From positions 11,135-75,134 of the forward strand of contig JAJCZJ010000087.1 in NCBI GenBank assembly GCA_029262455.1: a stretch of 64,000 nucleotides of DNA, read 5' to 3'. The stretch is from Deltaproteobacteria bacterium (lineage in GTDB: Bacteria; Desulfobacterota; Binatia; HRBIN30; CADEER01). The notes beneath the pieces were generated by a model, which was not told the origin of the DNA, did not search any database, and saw only the letters and a list, made by a program, of their open reading frames with translations. The translations under genes were made by a program, and so were the position numbers. Shown piece by piece: positions 28,595 to 37,150 of this stretch (its first letter is position 1; every line of letters starts with the position of its first letter).

Positions 28595-28792
28595 CTAGAT
28601 CTTGTCCGCCCATTCCTTCAACTGCCGTTCTGCTTCTTCCTTCGCGATGCCGTGCCGCTCCTGGATTTTCCCCAGCAGCTGATCACGCTTCCCCTCAACA
28701 ATGTCGAGGTCGTCATCCGTGAGCTTGCCCCACTTCTCCTGGACCTTCCCTTTGAATTGCACCCAGTTGCCTTCAACTTGATCCCAGTTCAT
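28595..28792 (-). CDS. CsbD-family general stress protein
   Basis: MNWDQVEGNWVQFKGKVQEKWGKLTDDDLDIVEGKRDQLLGKIQERHG is the CsbD signature. Confidence 0.9.
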   Translation of the reverse strand: MNWDQVEGNWVQFKGKVQEKWGKLTDDDLDIVEGKRDQLLGKIQERHGIAKEEAERQLKEWADKI

Positions 28793-28852
28793 GGCTACTC
28801 CTCCATGCCGCGTAAAACGCGGCGCTCAATCGTTGGTTGAGCCAAGAGGAAC

Positions 28853-28868
28853 TGCAATCTCCCTGCCA
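28853..28868 (-). promoter_or_regulatory. Candidate sigma54 promoter for the csbD-like unit
   Basis: Minus strand reads TGGCAGggagaTTGCA with GG-N10-GC spacing, about 60 nt upstream of the ATG. Confidence 0.55.
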
Positions 28869-28966
28869 ATGCGAGAGTGCCGGACTCGGGGAGCGATCCG
28901 GCGGATCGATTGTAGAAGAGTCACCGAGGCAGTTGCACCGGTTGCAACCTCAGGCGCAAACGCTCG

Positions 28967-30094
28967 TCACTTCCCGAGCACAGCGCCCACGACCTTCAGC
29001 GAATCAATGTTGTCGCAGAAGATCTTGATCGCTGCGAGTGTCGGTACAGCGATGATGGCGCCGGGAATGCCCCACAACCACGACCAAATCAGTAGGCTAG
29101 TAAAAACAGCGACCGGGCTCAGCGCCAGACTGCCGCCGAGAAGACTCGGAGTCAGCACCAGCCCCTCAAACGAAGAGAGGCCTGCGAACATCAAAGCCGG
29201 GACAGCCGCCTGTCCCAACGAGTCGAAATGGACTAATCCGACTGCGAACAAGATCAGCGTATTGGTGGCGCTTCCAAGCAGAGGAATGTAGTTCAGCACA
29301 GCGCCCATGACGCCCCAGAGCAGAGGGTTGGGCATTCCAATCGAATACATGGCCAGGGTCGTCGCCGTGCCCAATCCCAAGTTGATCGCCGAAATTGTCA
29401 GCAGGTAACGCGAAATCTCTGACTCTGTTTGTTGCAACAGCTCCGATGCCATCCGCTTGTCCGCGACCCGCGGCATGTTCTGCACGACCTTCTCGACAAA
29501 CGCGTTCCCCGAGGCGAGCAGGAAGTAAAGTAGAACGACCACTGTCGCGAACGTCGTAACCAGAGACTGCGCCTGACTTACGATCACTTCTGCCAGGTTG
29601 GACTCTCGCACCTCGACACTCTCGGAGGATTGCCCCATTCCGGCCATTGCTTCAACTTTATCCGCGGCCTCGATTACTTCCGCGATCGGGTCGCGGACGA
29701 CCCGCAACTTGCGCTCGATCTTTCGCAAGCTCGCGGGAAGCCGTTTCCCCCACTCCTGAGCCGGCTCCGCCAAAGACATCAAGCCACCGATGGTGATTCC
29801 GAGTACGCTCAATACGACGAGCGCCGCCCCGATCGGAACCGGAATACGCAGGCGCGACAGTCCTCTAACGATCGGCGTCAGCGAGAAATTCGTCAGTAAT
29901 GCGAAGAGAATCGGAAAGATAAGGCTTTCGGCAATCCGCAACGTATGGAACAGCATCAACAAGAACAGCCCGGTCAATGCAACGGAGCGGATATCAATCG
30001 GCTGCGGGCGGGGGTTTCCACTAGATGTCGCCACATCGGCCGTGCCCGGCTTCGTCTCGGCGTCACGCGCTGGTCGTTCATCGGGATTGGTCAT
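28967..30094 (-). CDS. AI-2E family transporter (PerM/UPF0118)
   Basis: Multi-TM protein ending in WSWLWGIPGAIIAVPTLAAIKIFCDNI. 4-nt overlap with the upstream gene. Confidence 0.85.
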   Translation of the reverse strand: MTNPDERPARDAETKPGTADVATSSGNPRPQPIDIRSVALTGLFLLMLFHTLRIAESLIFPILFALLTNFSLTPIVRGLSRLRIPVPIGAALVVLSVLGITIGGLMSLAEPAQEWGKRLPASLRKIERKLRVVRDPIAEVIEAADKVEAMAGMGQSSESVEVRESNLAEVIVSQAQSLVTTFATVVVLLYFLLASGNAFVEKVVQNMPRVADKRMASELLQQTESEISRYLLTISAINLGLGTATTLAMYSIGMPNPLLWGVMGAVLNYIPLLGSATNTLILFAVGLVHFDSLGQAAVPALMFAGLSSFEGLVLTPSLLGGSLALSPVAVFTSLLIWSWLWGIPGAIIAVPTLAAIKIFCDNIDSLKVVGAVLGK

Positions 30095-31380
30095 ACCGGG
30101 GCCGCCACTTCATCTGGGGTAGTCGAGCATCGATCGATAAAACGCTGAATCACCTCACGGCGGGACGCCAGCGTCGTTCTTTCGAGTAACTCGGAGAGGT
30201 TTCGGGACAGATGCGCGCACACCGCCAGGTCGCGTCTGGCATGCGGAATCAAAATTGTCAGCGTACCAGAGATTAAACCTTCAAAGGTGGTTGGTTCAGC
30301 CACAAGGCGGACAACCTCATCCGCATCCCAGCGGAGTGGTACCGCATCCTTGCGATCGGCAAACGCCTTGAATCCACTGATCAGCCAACTGATACAATCG
30401 AAGGCCGTATAGGGGTCATTGACACCCGGCGATAAGGCGCGCACGGCCATCTCCACCAACTCGTCAGCCGGAAACCGCACGTCCTGGAGGGCGGTTCGAG
30501 TCGCGCCGACAACGAACGCATTGCGGAACTCCGCAACACTATCTTCGCTTAGAGAGTCTGCTCCGTAGACCGTCAACAAGGCATCACCCGCACTCACGAA
30601 ATCCCCCGGTCTCCGCAATCCGCGGACGACGACGTCCGACTCCTTGGCCTGTTGAACCAATAGATCACCGCCCATGCTCTGGATGAATCCCGTCCACTCG
30701 CACTTGATCGTTGTCGCGATGCCGTCGGGCGGAGGCGTCCACGAGGCCTCAACTTCGCCGGGATCTCCGATTCTCTCTGGGAACAACGATTCAACATGTA
30801 CTTCCAACTCACGCCCGATGCCGGCGATTACATTCGAGACATGAATGCTGCGCGGCACGTGGTGGATAAAGAAGATCAGGACCGCAATGCTAGCAACAGC
30901 GAGAAAGAGCGCGACCAACACCGCGACGTGGGGAACGAATGCCCCGATTGCATCGATGTCTGCCGATGCCTCTTGTGCCGTACGCACGGTTCGCAGCACC
31001 AAGATGCAATAGAGAAACGTCGCAATAAAGGTTCCCAGCGTGACCTGGTTGCCACTATCCGCCATGAAGTTGGAAATCACTCGCGGTCCGTATTGTCCCG
31101 AGGCGTAAACAACCGACACGATCGTGATCGAGAACGTCACACCAGCTACGCCGATCATCGAGCCTGCAACTGTCGACAGCAGCGCGCGGGCCCCCGCTGG
31201 CTCGTTCTGGTACAGAAACCTGACCTCGCGAATCCACTGGTCGCCTGCCCATTGATCGAACCTGGTCGCCGCCAACGACAACGCCATTGCAGATATCGCC
31301 ATCACAGCGGGAACGAACCAGTAGCTCGACCGAAGCTGGTGCAAATACAAGCGTAACCGATCTCTCATCTCGCTCTCCAT
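30091..31380 (-). CDS. DUF2254-like membrane protein
   Basis: N-terminus LYLHQLRSSYWFVPAVMAISAMAL, four TM helices, then a soluble C-terminal domain. Assigned from recollection of the family. Confidence 0.6.
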   Translation of the reverse strand: MESEMRDRLRLYLHQLRSSYWFVPAVMAISAMALSLAATRFDQWAGDQWIREVRFLYQNEPAGARALLSTVAGSMIGVAGVTFSITIVSVVYASGQYGPRVISNFMADSGNQVTLGTFIATFLYCILVLRTVRTAQEASADIDAIGAFVPHVAVLVALFLAVASIAVLIFFIHHVPRSIHVSNVIAGIGRELEVHVESLFPERIGDPGEVEASWTPPPDGIATTIKCEWTGFIQSMGGDLLVQQAKESDVVVRGLRRPGDFVSAGDALLTVYGADSLSEDSVAEFRNAFVVGATRTALQDVRFPADELVEMAVRALSPGVNDPYTAFDCISWLISGFKAFADRKDAVPLRWDADEVVRLVAEPTTFEGLISGTLTILIPHARRDLAVCAHLSRNLSELLERTTLASRREVIQRFIDRCSTTPDEVAAPV

Positions 31381-31666
31381 GCCCAGGTCCCGGACGGTGG
31401 GTCAAGATAGGTGGATGAGAACCAACACGTCGTTCACGACGAATACAAACTTGCGACTGCTCAAAAAACACACGGTCTTTGGCTGTCTGGACTCTCCGTC
31501 ACCCGCAGGCAACGCAAGGTGCGCTGCGCCTCGTCATTGCCGATAATACTTCAAACCACCAGTGCGTGATGACCCGCATGAATCCGGATTCTGCAGGAGT
31601 TTGCAAATCTTACAGGAAATATTTTTCTCCCTCATTTAGCGATCGCGGCCGAAGCGCCCGAGGCAG

Positions 31667-31682
31667 TGGCCCAACTCTTGCA
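31667..31682 (+). promoter_or_regulatory. Candidate sigma54 promoter for the 31752-34653 operon
   Basis: TGGCCCaactcTTGCA with GG-N10-GC spacing, about 70 nt upstream of the ATG at 31752. Confidence 0.5.
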
Positions 31683-31751
31683 ATGTTTGGTGCTCGACTG
31701 ATCAATCCACATCCCGATTGCGGGATACCTGTTTACCAAGGGAGGGTCTCA

Positions 31752-31913
31752 ATGAAGATCGCACGAAGGGCACCATGGACTGGGCTACTCGCAACAGTCT
31801 TAGTAAGCACCACGCTCGCTGTTGCGGGATGCGACGACGACGATGGACTTATCGAGAACGCTGGCGAAGCAGTCGAGGATGTCGCCGACGATGTAAGCGA
31901 CGCCGTCGACTGA
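31752..31913 (+). CDS. Small acidic lipoprotein (53 aa)
   Basis: MKIARRAPWTGLLATVLVSTTLAVAGC has a canonical lipobox (VAGC), followed by a D/E-rich tail. GGAGGG ribosome-binding site. Confidence 0.65.
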   Translation: MKIARRAPWTGLLATVLVSTTLAVAGCDDDDGLIENAGEAVEDVADDVSDAVD

Positions 31914-31925
31914 TCGGAGCCTCCA

Positions 31926-32291
31926 ATGAACACGAGCCACGAAAGGCCGGGCCGTCAACCAGGACCGATCGAAGCATTCTCGGAGGTCGTCCAGTCGAGT
32001 CAGGACGTCGTCATGCGACGGATCGAAGTCCTGCGGCTCGAAACCTTGGAACGCTTCGAAACACTTCGCGGCGAAGTGATCAGCCTCATCGCGGCCGCCA
32101 TCTTAGCGGTTTCAGCATGGGCCCTATGCCTCGGCGGGGTGGTTATCTTACTGGCAAAGAGTATCGGGCTGGCCCCGGCATTGCTCGCGCTCGGGGCAAC
32201 TCTGACGATCCTCGCATTCGTCATTCTTCGCCTCCAGGCTGCGCCGGATCCCACGATCGCAACTGGCGACGCTGAAGTTGACTCTCGGTGA
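31926..32291 (+). CDS. YqjE/Holin-X-like (former DUF1469) two-TM membrane protein
   Basis: Amphipathic N-terminus and then two TM helices (LIAAAILAVSAWALCLGGVVILL; LAPALLALGATLTILAFVILRL). Confidence 0.5.
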   Translation: MNTSHERPGRQPGPIEAFSEVVQSSQDVVMRRIEVLRLETLERFETLRGEVISLIAAAILAVSAWALCLGGVVILLAKSIGLAPALLALGATLTILAFVILRLQAAPDPTIATGDAEVDSR

Positions 32292-32521
32292 CGAACCAAC
32301 CCAAGGGGCCAAAGATTGTGGACTTAGACGTTGAACTCGAACGCGCCAAAGAGGCCGCGGCCGATAGCGAGCGCGAACTGGCCGTAGCCTACAGTCGCTT
32401 TGATCAAGCCCTACGACAACCGCTCGGGATCGCGCAGCGAATACGCGACGACCCCGTCCGATGGATTGCCGGCGCATTCGCCGCCGGACTCATCGTAGCT
32501 CAGATCCGAAAAAGGGGATAA
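32288..32521 (+). CDS. Small tail-anchored hypothetical protein
   Basis: Coiled N-terminus and C-terminal WIAGAFAAGLIVAQI. GTGA overlap with the upstream gene. Confidence 0.45.
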   Translation: MTNQPKGPKIVDLDVELERAKEAAADSERELAVAYSRFDQALRQPLGIAQRIRDDPVRWIAGAFAAGLIVAQIRKRG

Positions 32522-32523
32522 GC

Positions 32524-32724
32524 ATGCCACAAGACACTTCGACAATGCTGGAGGACTTTGCGCGCGGTCGCATCTCTTCGGAGGAAGCGCAGGAGATCTT
32601 CTTGAAGAATGCGCGACTGGCCGAGCGACGGGCCCGGAGACTCGCTGTGCGGCGCCCATTCTTAGCTGTCGGGATCGCTGTCGCCACGGGGTACCTCGCT
32701 GGCCGATTGGTGACGCGATGGTAA
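32524..32724 (+). CDS. DUF883/ElaB-YqjD-like tail-anchored protein (66 aa)
   Basis: C-terminal RRPFLAVGIAVATGYLAGRLVTRW resembles the ElaB/YqjD membrane anchor. ATG at 32524. Confidence 0.5.
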   Translation: MPQDTSTMLEDFARGRISSEEAQEIFLKNARLAERRARRLAVRRPFLAVGIAVATGYLAGRLVTRW

Positions 32725-33035
32725 CAGACGCGAGCACGACCGATGGCCGAGGCCGTGGCGATCTAGTCGACGACGTGCGCCAAATGGCAGACGACGCGGG
32801 GCGCTTGGTGCAAAACGCCAAACAGTCCGGCATGGACGCCCGCGCCCTCATCTCAGAACACCCCTACGCCGCCTTGGCGACAGCCGCGACCGCAGGATTC
32901 GTTCTCGGTGGCGGGCTCTCACCCGCAATCGTGCGGGTGGCGATCGGTCTCGCCGGGCGAGCAGCCCTCGCAAGTCTCATTGGAACCGCAGCGGCAATCG
33001 TGAACCCCGACACCTCCGGCGAGTCGCAGCGGTAA
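32718..33035 (+). CDS. DUF883-like membrane-anchored protein
   Basis: EHPYAALATAATAGFVLGGGL anchor motif. Overlaps the upstream gene as ATGGTAA. Confidence 0.5.
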   Translation: MVTDASTTDGRGRGDLVDDVRQMADDAGRLVQNAKQSGMDARALISEHPYAALATAATAGFVLGGGLSPAIVRVAIGLAGRAALASLIGTAAAIVNPDTSGESQR

Positions 33036-33088
33036 TAATCCGGCCAGCCTAGGATGCTTTCGGATCCAGGCATGGGAAAGGAACAATC

Positions 33089-33355
33089 ATGGCATCAAAC
33101 GCAAACGAATTATTTGAGCAGTTGATCGCGCGAGCGAACGGCGGTTCTCGCGCGAGTAGTACCGATATGCTGCCTGGGCTCGCTGCCTTCGGCATCGGAG
33201 TTCTGGTCGGAGCCGGCGTAGCCCTCCTCTTCGCTCCGGCTAGCGGTGACGAACTTCGCGAGAATATATCCGAGCGACTCGACGACTTGAAAGATAGCGC
33301 CAGTCAAGCTCTCGGAACGCAGGACGACGAAGCAAAAGTCGGTCTTGAAACGTGA
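33089..33355 (+). CDS. YtxH-domain protein
   Basis: AAFGIGVLVGAGVALLFAPASGDELRENISERLDDLKD is the YtxH signature. Confidence 0.8.
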   Translation: MASNANELFEQLIARANGGSRASSTDMLPGLAAFGIGVLVGAGVALLFAPASGDELRENISERLDDLKDSASQALGTQDDEAKVGLET

Positions 33356-34653
33356 AACCGGGCCCCCTCTGGGCTGAGACGCCACCGGCTCGGCTCGGCC
33401 GGGCTCTGGCCTGCGCGCTGCTCAGCGTCTGTGCATTTGGCGCGCCGACCGCGTTCGCCGTAACGGACGGTGAGATCACCCGGCGCCTGAACACCGCCTA
33501 CGACACCGCAGAAGGGCTCGATAAGGTCGATGCCAAGGTGGTCCACGGAGCCGTCCGCCTGACCGGGGTAGTCTTGAGTTCGAGTGACAGCGAACGCGCG
33601 GTTGCCCTCGCAGAGGAGATGGAAGGCGTCACCGTCGTAAGCGACGAGCTCCGCGTCGAGAGAGGTGTGTCCGCGCGACTCGGCCCAGTGGTGAGTCGCC
33701 TGCGACAAAACCTCTACGACTTCTTGGCGTTCCTACCGCTTGTCGCGGTCGCGGCATTAGTCTTGGTGGTTTTCTGGGGGCTGTCGCGCCTGCTCAAGAA
33801 ACCGACTCGAATTTACAACCGCGTCGCAGGAAATTCGCTCTTGGGTGAGCTACTCGCACGCCTGGTGAGTGTTTCCTTCCTCGTGATCGGTGTTCTAATG
33901 GCGCTCGAGATCCTCGACGCGACGGCTTTGGTCAGCGCCGTCTTGGGGACCGCGGGCGTCGCTGGACTAGCCGTCGGCTTCGCTTTTCGCGACATCATGG
34001 AGAATTACGTTGCCGGTGTCCTTCTCAGCGTCCGCCAGCCTTTCGCGCCAAGCGATGTGGTGAAAATCGGGCCGGATACGGGGACGGTCATCCGCTTGAC
34101 ATCACGAGCAACCATTTTGATGACGGAAGAAGGCAACCATCTGCGGATCCCCAACGCCACCGTCTTCAAGGAAACGATCCTCAACTACACACGCAATCCG
34201 GAACGGCGCTTCGACTTCGGCGTTGGCGTCGGAATGCAAGAAAACCTTGTCGATGTCCGGGAGCTCGGGGCAAAGATTCTCGGCGACATGGAAGGCGTTC
34301 TCGCCAAACCAGAACCCACTTCACGCATCGAACCTCTGGGAGACTTCAGTGTCACCATCCGATTCTACGCCTGGGTCGACCAAGCACATCACGACTTCTT
34401 CAAGGTGCGAAGCGAGGCGATCCGTTTAGTCAAGCGCGCCTTTGACCACGCAGAAATCGAAATGCCGGAACCGATCCAACGGCTGCGGATCGAAGAAGCG
34501 CCAGGCCCCAACACTGAGACACAACCTTCAGGTGCGTCGACCGAAACAGCTGAAGCTACCGACGTCTCGCGAGATGCCGAGTTGGACCGCCGCATCGAAG
34601 AGGAACGAGCCGAAGAAGAAGACCTTCTGAACAAAGAGGCTCCGAAGGAGTGA
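33352..34653 (+). CDS. MscS-family mechanosensitive channel with an N-terminal periplasmic BON domain
   Basis: BON-like VHGAVRLTGVVLSSSDSERAVALAEEMEGVTVVSDEL, TM helices, and an MscS beta-domain (VRQPFAPSDVVKIGPDTGTVIRLTSRATILMTEEGNHLRIPNATV). Confidence 0.85.
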   Translation: MKPGPLWAETPPARLGRALACALLSVCAFGAPTAFAVTDGEITRRLNTAYDTAEGLDKVDAKVVHGAVRLTGVVLSSSDSERAVALAEEMEGVTVVSDELRVERGVSARLGPVVSRLRQNLYDFLAFLPLVAVAALVLVVFWGLSRLLKKPTRIYNRVAGNSLLGELLARLVSVSFLVIGVLMALEILDATALVSAVLGTAGVAGLAVGFAFRDIMENYVAGVLLSVRQPFAPSDVVKIGPDTGTVIRLTSRATILMTEEGNHLRIPNATVFKETILNYTRNPERRFDFGVGVGMQENLVDVRELGAKILGDMEGVLAKPEPTSRIEPLGDFSVTIRFYAWVDQAHHDFFKVRSEAIRLVKRAFDHAEIEMPEPIQRLRIEEAPGPNTETQPSGASTETAEATDVSRDAELDRRIEEERAEEEDLLNKEAPKE

Positions 34654-34726
34654 GCCATCTGTAGTAATTGCAGGACTTCGCCTAAGCCGGATCCCCGAAA
34701 CACAACGGAGATTACAGTCTTCGAGT

Positions 34727-34742
34727 TGGCATGCTTCTCGCT
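34727..34742 (+). promoter_or_regulatory. Candidate sigma54 promoter for the DUF1328 gene
   Basis: TGGCATgcttcTCGCT with GG-N10-GC spacing, about 70 nt upstream of the ATG at 34813. Confidence 0.45.
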
Positions 34743-34812
34743 TTTTCATCTCTGTAACATTGCAGAACTCAACCCCTTGTCGGGATTACAATATAATTCA
34801 GGAGGAGGACTC

Positions 34813-34980
34813 ATGCTCAATTGGTCGGTTACGTTTTTCGTCATCGCCCTGATCGCAGCTCTGTTGGGCTTCGGCGGTATCGCCGGCTCTGCGGTCGGAA
34901 TCGCCAAGATTCTGTTCTTAGTGTTCTTGGTCCTTTTTGTTGTGTCACTCGTCGTTCCGAAGATGCGGCCACCAACCTGA
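34813..34980 (+). CDS. DUF1328 (YtjA/UPF0391) small membrane protein
   Basis: [52 protein letters not shown] ribosome-binding site. Confidence 0.85.
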   Translation: MLNWSVTFFVIALIAALLGFGGIAGSAVGIAKILFLVFLVLFVVSLVVPKMRPPT

Positions 34981-35009
34981 TCGAACCAATCATCCGGTAC
35001 AAGAAGTGA

Positions 35010-35041
35010 GGGCCGGGCGGCTAGAAGTAGCTGCCCGGCCC
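35010..35041. terminator. Bidirectional hairpin between the DUF1328 and sodB genes
   Basis: gggccgggcgg-N10-ctgcccggccc (11-bp stem including one G-U pair), followed by tttctcg on the plus strand. Confidence 0.6.
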
Positions 35042-35063
35042 TTTCTCGTTGCCGCCTCCGGCG

Positions 35064-35660
35064 CTACTTGTTGGCCACACTCTGAAAGTTCTCTTCCGCG
35101 AATTTCCAGTTCACCAGGTGATCGAGATAGGCTTCGATATACTTGCCCCTCTCATTCTGGAAATCGAGGTAGTACGCGTGCTCCCACACATCGAGAGTCA
35201 GCAGTGGAGTATGCCCTTGCCGCACTGGGGTGTCCGCATCCGAACTGCTCATGACCGCGAGGGACCCGTCGTTCTTGCATATCAACCATGCCCATCCTGA
35301 ACCAAACTCGCCTGCCGCAGCTTCGCTGAACGACTCCCGAAAACCGTCCACTCCACCGAGGTCGCGGTCGACCGCCTTCAAGAGTGCCCCGGCCGGTCCT
35401 CCCCCACCTTTGGGCGACAAACAGTCCCAGTAGAACGAGTGGTTCCAGATCTGGGCGGCAAAATTAAACACTTTCCCTTTGCGCGTTCGAATCATCTCCA
35501 AAAGGCTCAGATCCGCGGCATCGGTACCCTCGATCTCAGACTTGAGTTTATCCACATATCCTTTGTGATGCTTACCGTGGTGTATTTCGAGGGTCTTGGC
35601 ACTGATGTGCGGCTCCAGAGCGTCGGTCGAATAAGGTAGTTTTGTCAGCTCAATCTTCAT
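35064..35660 (-). CDS. sodB: Fe/Mn-family superoxide dismutase (Fe-type likely)
   Basis: LPYSTDALEPHISAKTLEIHHGKHH and DVWEHAYYLDFQNERGKYI. ATG at 35660 (MKIEL) with GGAGGAA upstream. Confidence 0.92.
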   Translation of the reverse strand: MKIELTKLPYSTDALEPHISAKTLEIHHGKHHKGYVDKLKSEIEGTDAADLSLLEMIRTRKGKVFNFAAQIWNHSFYWDCLSPKGGGGPAGALLKAVDRDLGGVDGFRESFSEAAAGEFGSGWAWLICKNDGSLAVMSSSDADTPVRQGHTPLLTLDVWEHAYYLDFQNERGKYIEAYLDHLVNWKFAEENFQSVANK

Positions 35661-35685
35661 CTGTTCCTCCATAGCCAACACGGCA

Positions 35686-35701
35686 CGCCATTATTGTGCC
35701 A
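35686..35701 (-). promoter_or_regulatory. Weak candidate sigma54 promoter for sodB
   Basis: Minus strand reads TGGCACaataaTGGCG with correct GG-N10-GC spacing. The -12 box is poor and the leader is very short. Confidence 0.35.
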
Positions 35702-35763
35702 TCGCGGACACGCCGTATTTCCCGAGCCGCGGGGGGAGGTTGCGATTGTAAAGACTACTCGAG

Positions 35764-37017
35764 CTACGCAGACGCCTCGGCCGGCAAGGTCACGACAAAC
35801 TCCGAGCCCACCCCAGGCTCGGACCTCGCTTTGACGCTACCCCCTAGGCTCTCGACACAATTGCGCACCAGGGCCAACCCTAGCCCGTATCCGTCCACCC
35901 CGTGGCGTGAGTCGAGATGCGAGTGGCCTCGAAAACCACGGTTGAAGATCTCAGGCAGGATATCGGCGTGAATGCCGAGACCGTTGTCCCTGATTCGCAG
36001 CTCGATCGCCCCATCGCGCTGCTTCGAAGCATCAACCCACACGCCGCGATCCGGTTTCGTAGGGTCGCAGTACTTGATGGCGTTGGCCACGAGGTTGACG
36101 AGCACGAGGTCGAGTTTGCCGATGTCCGTACTAAACTTGGGCATGGCCCCGGCAACGACAAAGTCCACACCGCGAGACTCAGCTACGTCCCTGAGCTGTC
36201 CGAGTGAATCCTCAACCAACGCTCGTAGATCGACCTCTTGCATGACAACCGAAGGCGTATCTTCATCAGAATTCGTGTCGGTGATGCTTTCCAGATCCTC
36301 GAGGATTCTTTGGGCACGGTTGACGCCAGATTGCACGAGCGCAATGACGCGCTCCTGATCGGTTCCCCTCTTGTCGTTAACTCCCGGCTCGAGCAAGCCG
36401 GCAGCGATCCGCAGCGTGTTCATGGGATTGCGGAGCTGATGGCTGAGCGCTTGATTAAAGCTGCGCAGACGAGCTCGCTGAGCCTCAATCGTCTGATCGT
36501 ATTCGGCGAGAAAAGTTTCCACCGTCGTCTGAACGAGGACGCGCACCGACCGCGCGATACGTTGCATCACCCAGAGCGACTCGATCGGATCTACTGCGTC
36601 TTGACTTTCCGCGATCAGGTCGCTGACAAACGACTCTAGAATCGACGCCAGAATATCGTACTCCCGAAGGATCTGGTGAACAGAAGCCCGCTGATCATGA
36701 CGCAGCCGCCCAAGCTCGCGCGCTTTCGCGCTCATCCGCGAACTCGCGACCACCTCATTGTCGTCAGGTTCGACGATGAACTCCGCGACCTCGAGCAGTA
36801 GGACCGGTACGTGGTCGAGCAGCGTCGCAGAGGGGAAAATGTCACGCTCGGCAACGGCGACGATATCGCTCAGTTGAGCAAGCCACAGTTCGCAAATCTC
36901 GACTCGGGATTCGCGAAGCCGCTCCCCCGCAAATTTCGCAAACGCACTCATTCGGGCGAGGTTACACGCAAGACTCTCCCTGGTACAAGCACCAGAAAAG
37001 CCAGTTAGCAGGTGCAA
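35764..37017 (-). CDS. Soluble sensor histidine kinase
   Basis: H-box LSHQLRNPMNTL and HATPase_c (DNGLGI...GYGLGLALV); no TM segments. The ATG at 36951 (MSAFAKF) is an alternative to the TTG at 37017. Confidence 0.85.
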   Translation of the reverse strand: MHLLTGFSGACTRESLACNLARMSAFAKFAGERLRESRVEICELWLAQLSDIVAVAERDIFPSATLLDHVPVLLLEVAEFIVEPDDNEVVASSRMSAKARELGRLRHDQRASVHQILREYDILASILESFVSDLIAESQDAVDPIESLWVMQRIARSVRVLVQTTVETFLAEYDQTIEAQRARLRSFNQALSHQLRNPMNTLRIAAGLLEPGVNDKRGTDQERVIALVQSGVNRAQRILEDLESITDTNSDEDTPSVVMQEVDLRALVEDSLGQLRDVAESRGVDFVVAGAMPKFSTDIGKLDLVLVNLVANAIKYCDPTKPDRGVWVDASKQRDGAIELRIRDNGLGIHADILPEIFNRGFRGHSHLDSRHGVDGYGLGLALVRNCVESLGGSVKARSEPGVGSEFVVTLPAEASA

Positions 37018-37150
37018 TCAGTCAGTGCGCCGCCCTGCCGCAACATCGCTCCGTGACACGTTCACATCATCTGCCAACCGGGCCAAGGCATCGCATGACC
37101 CGGTTACGATCGGCCGCAGAGAGAAAAAGAGCGGAAATTCGCCGGCGTTC

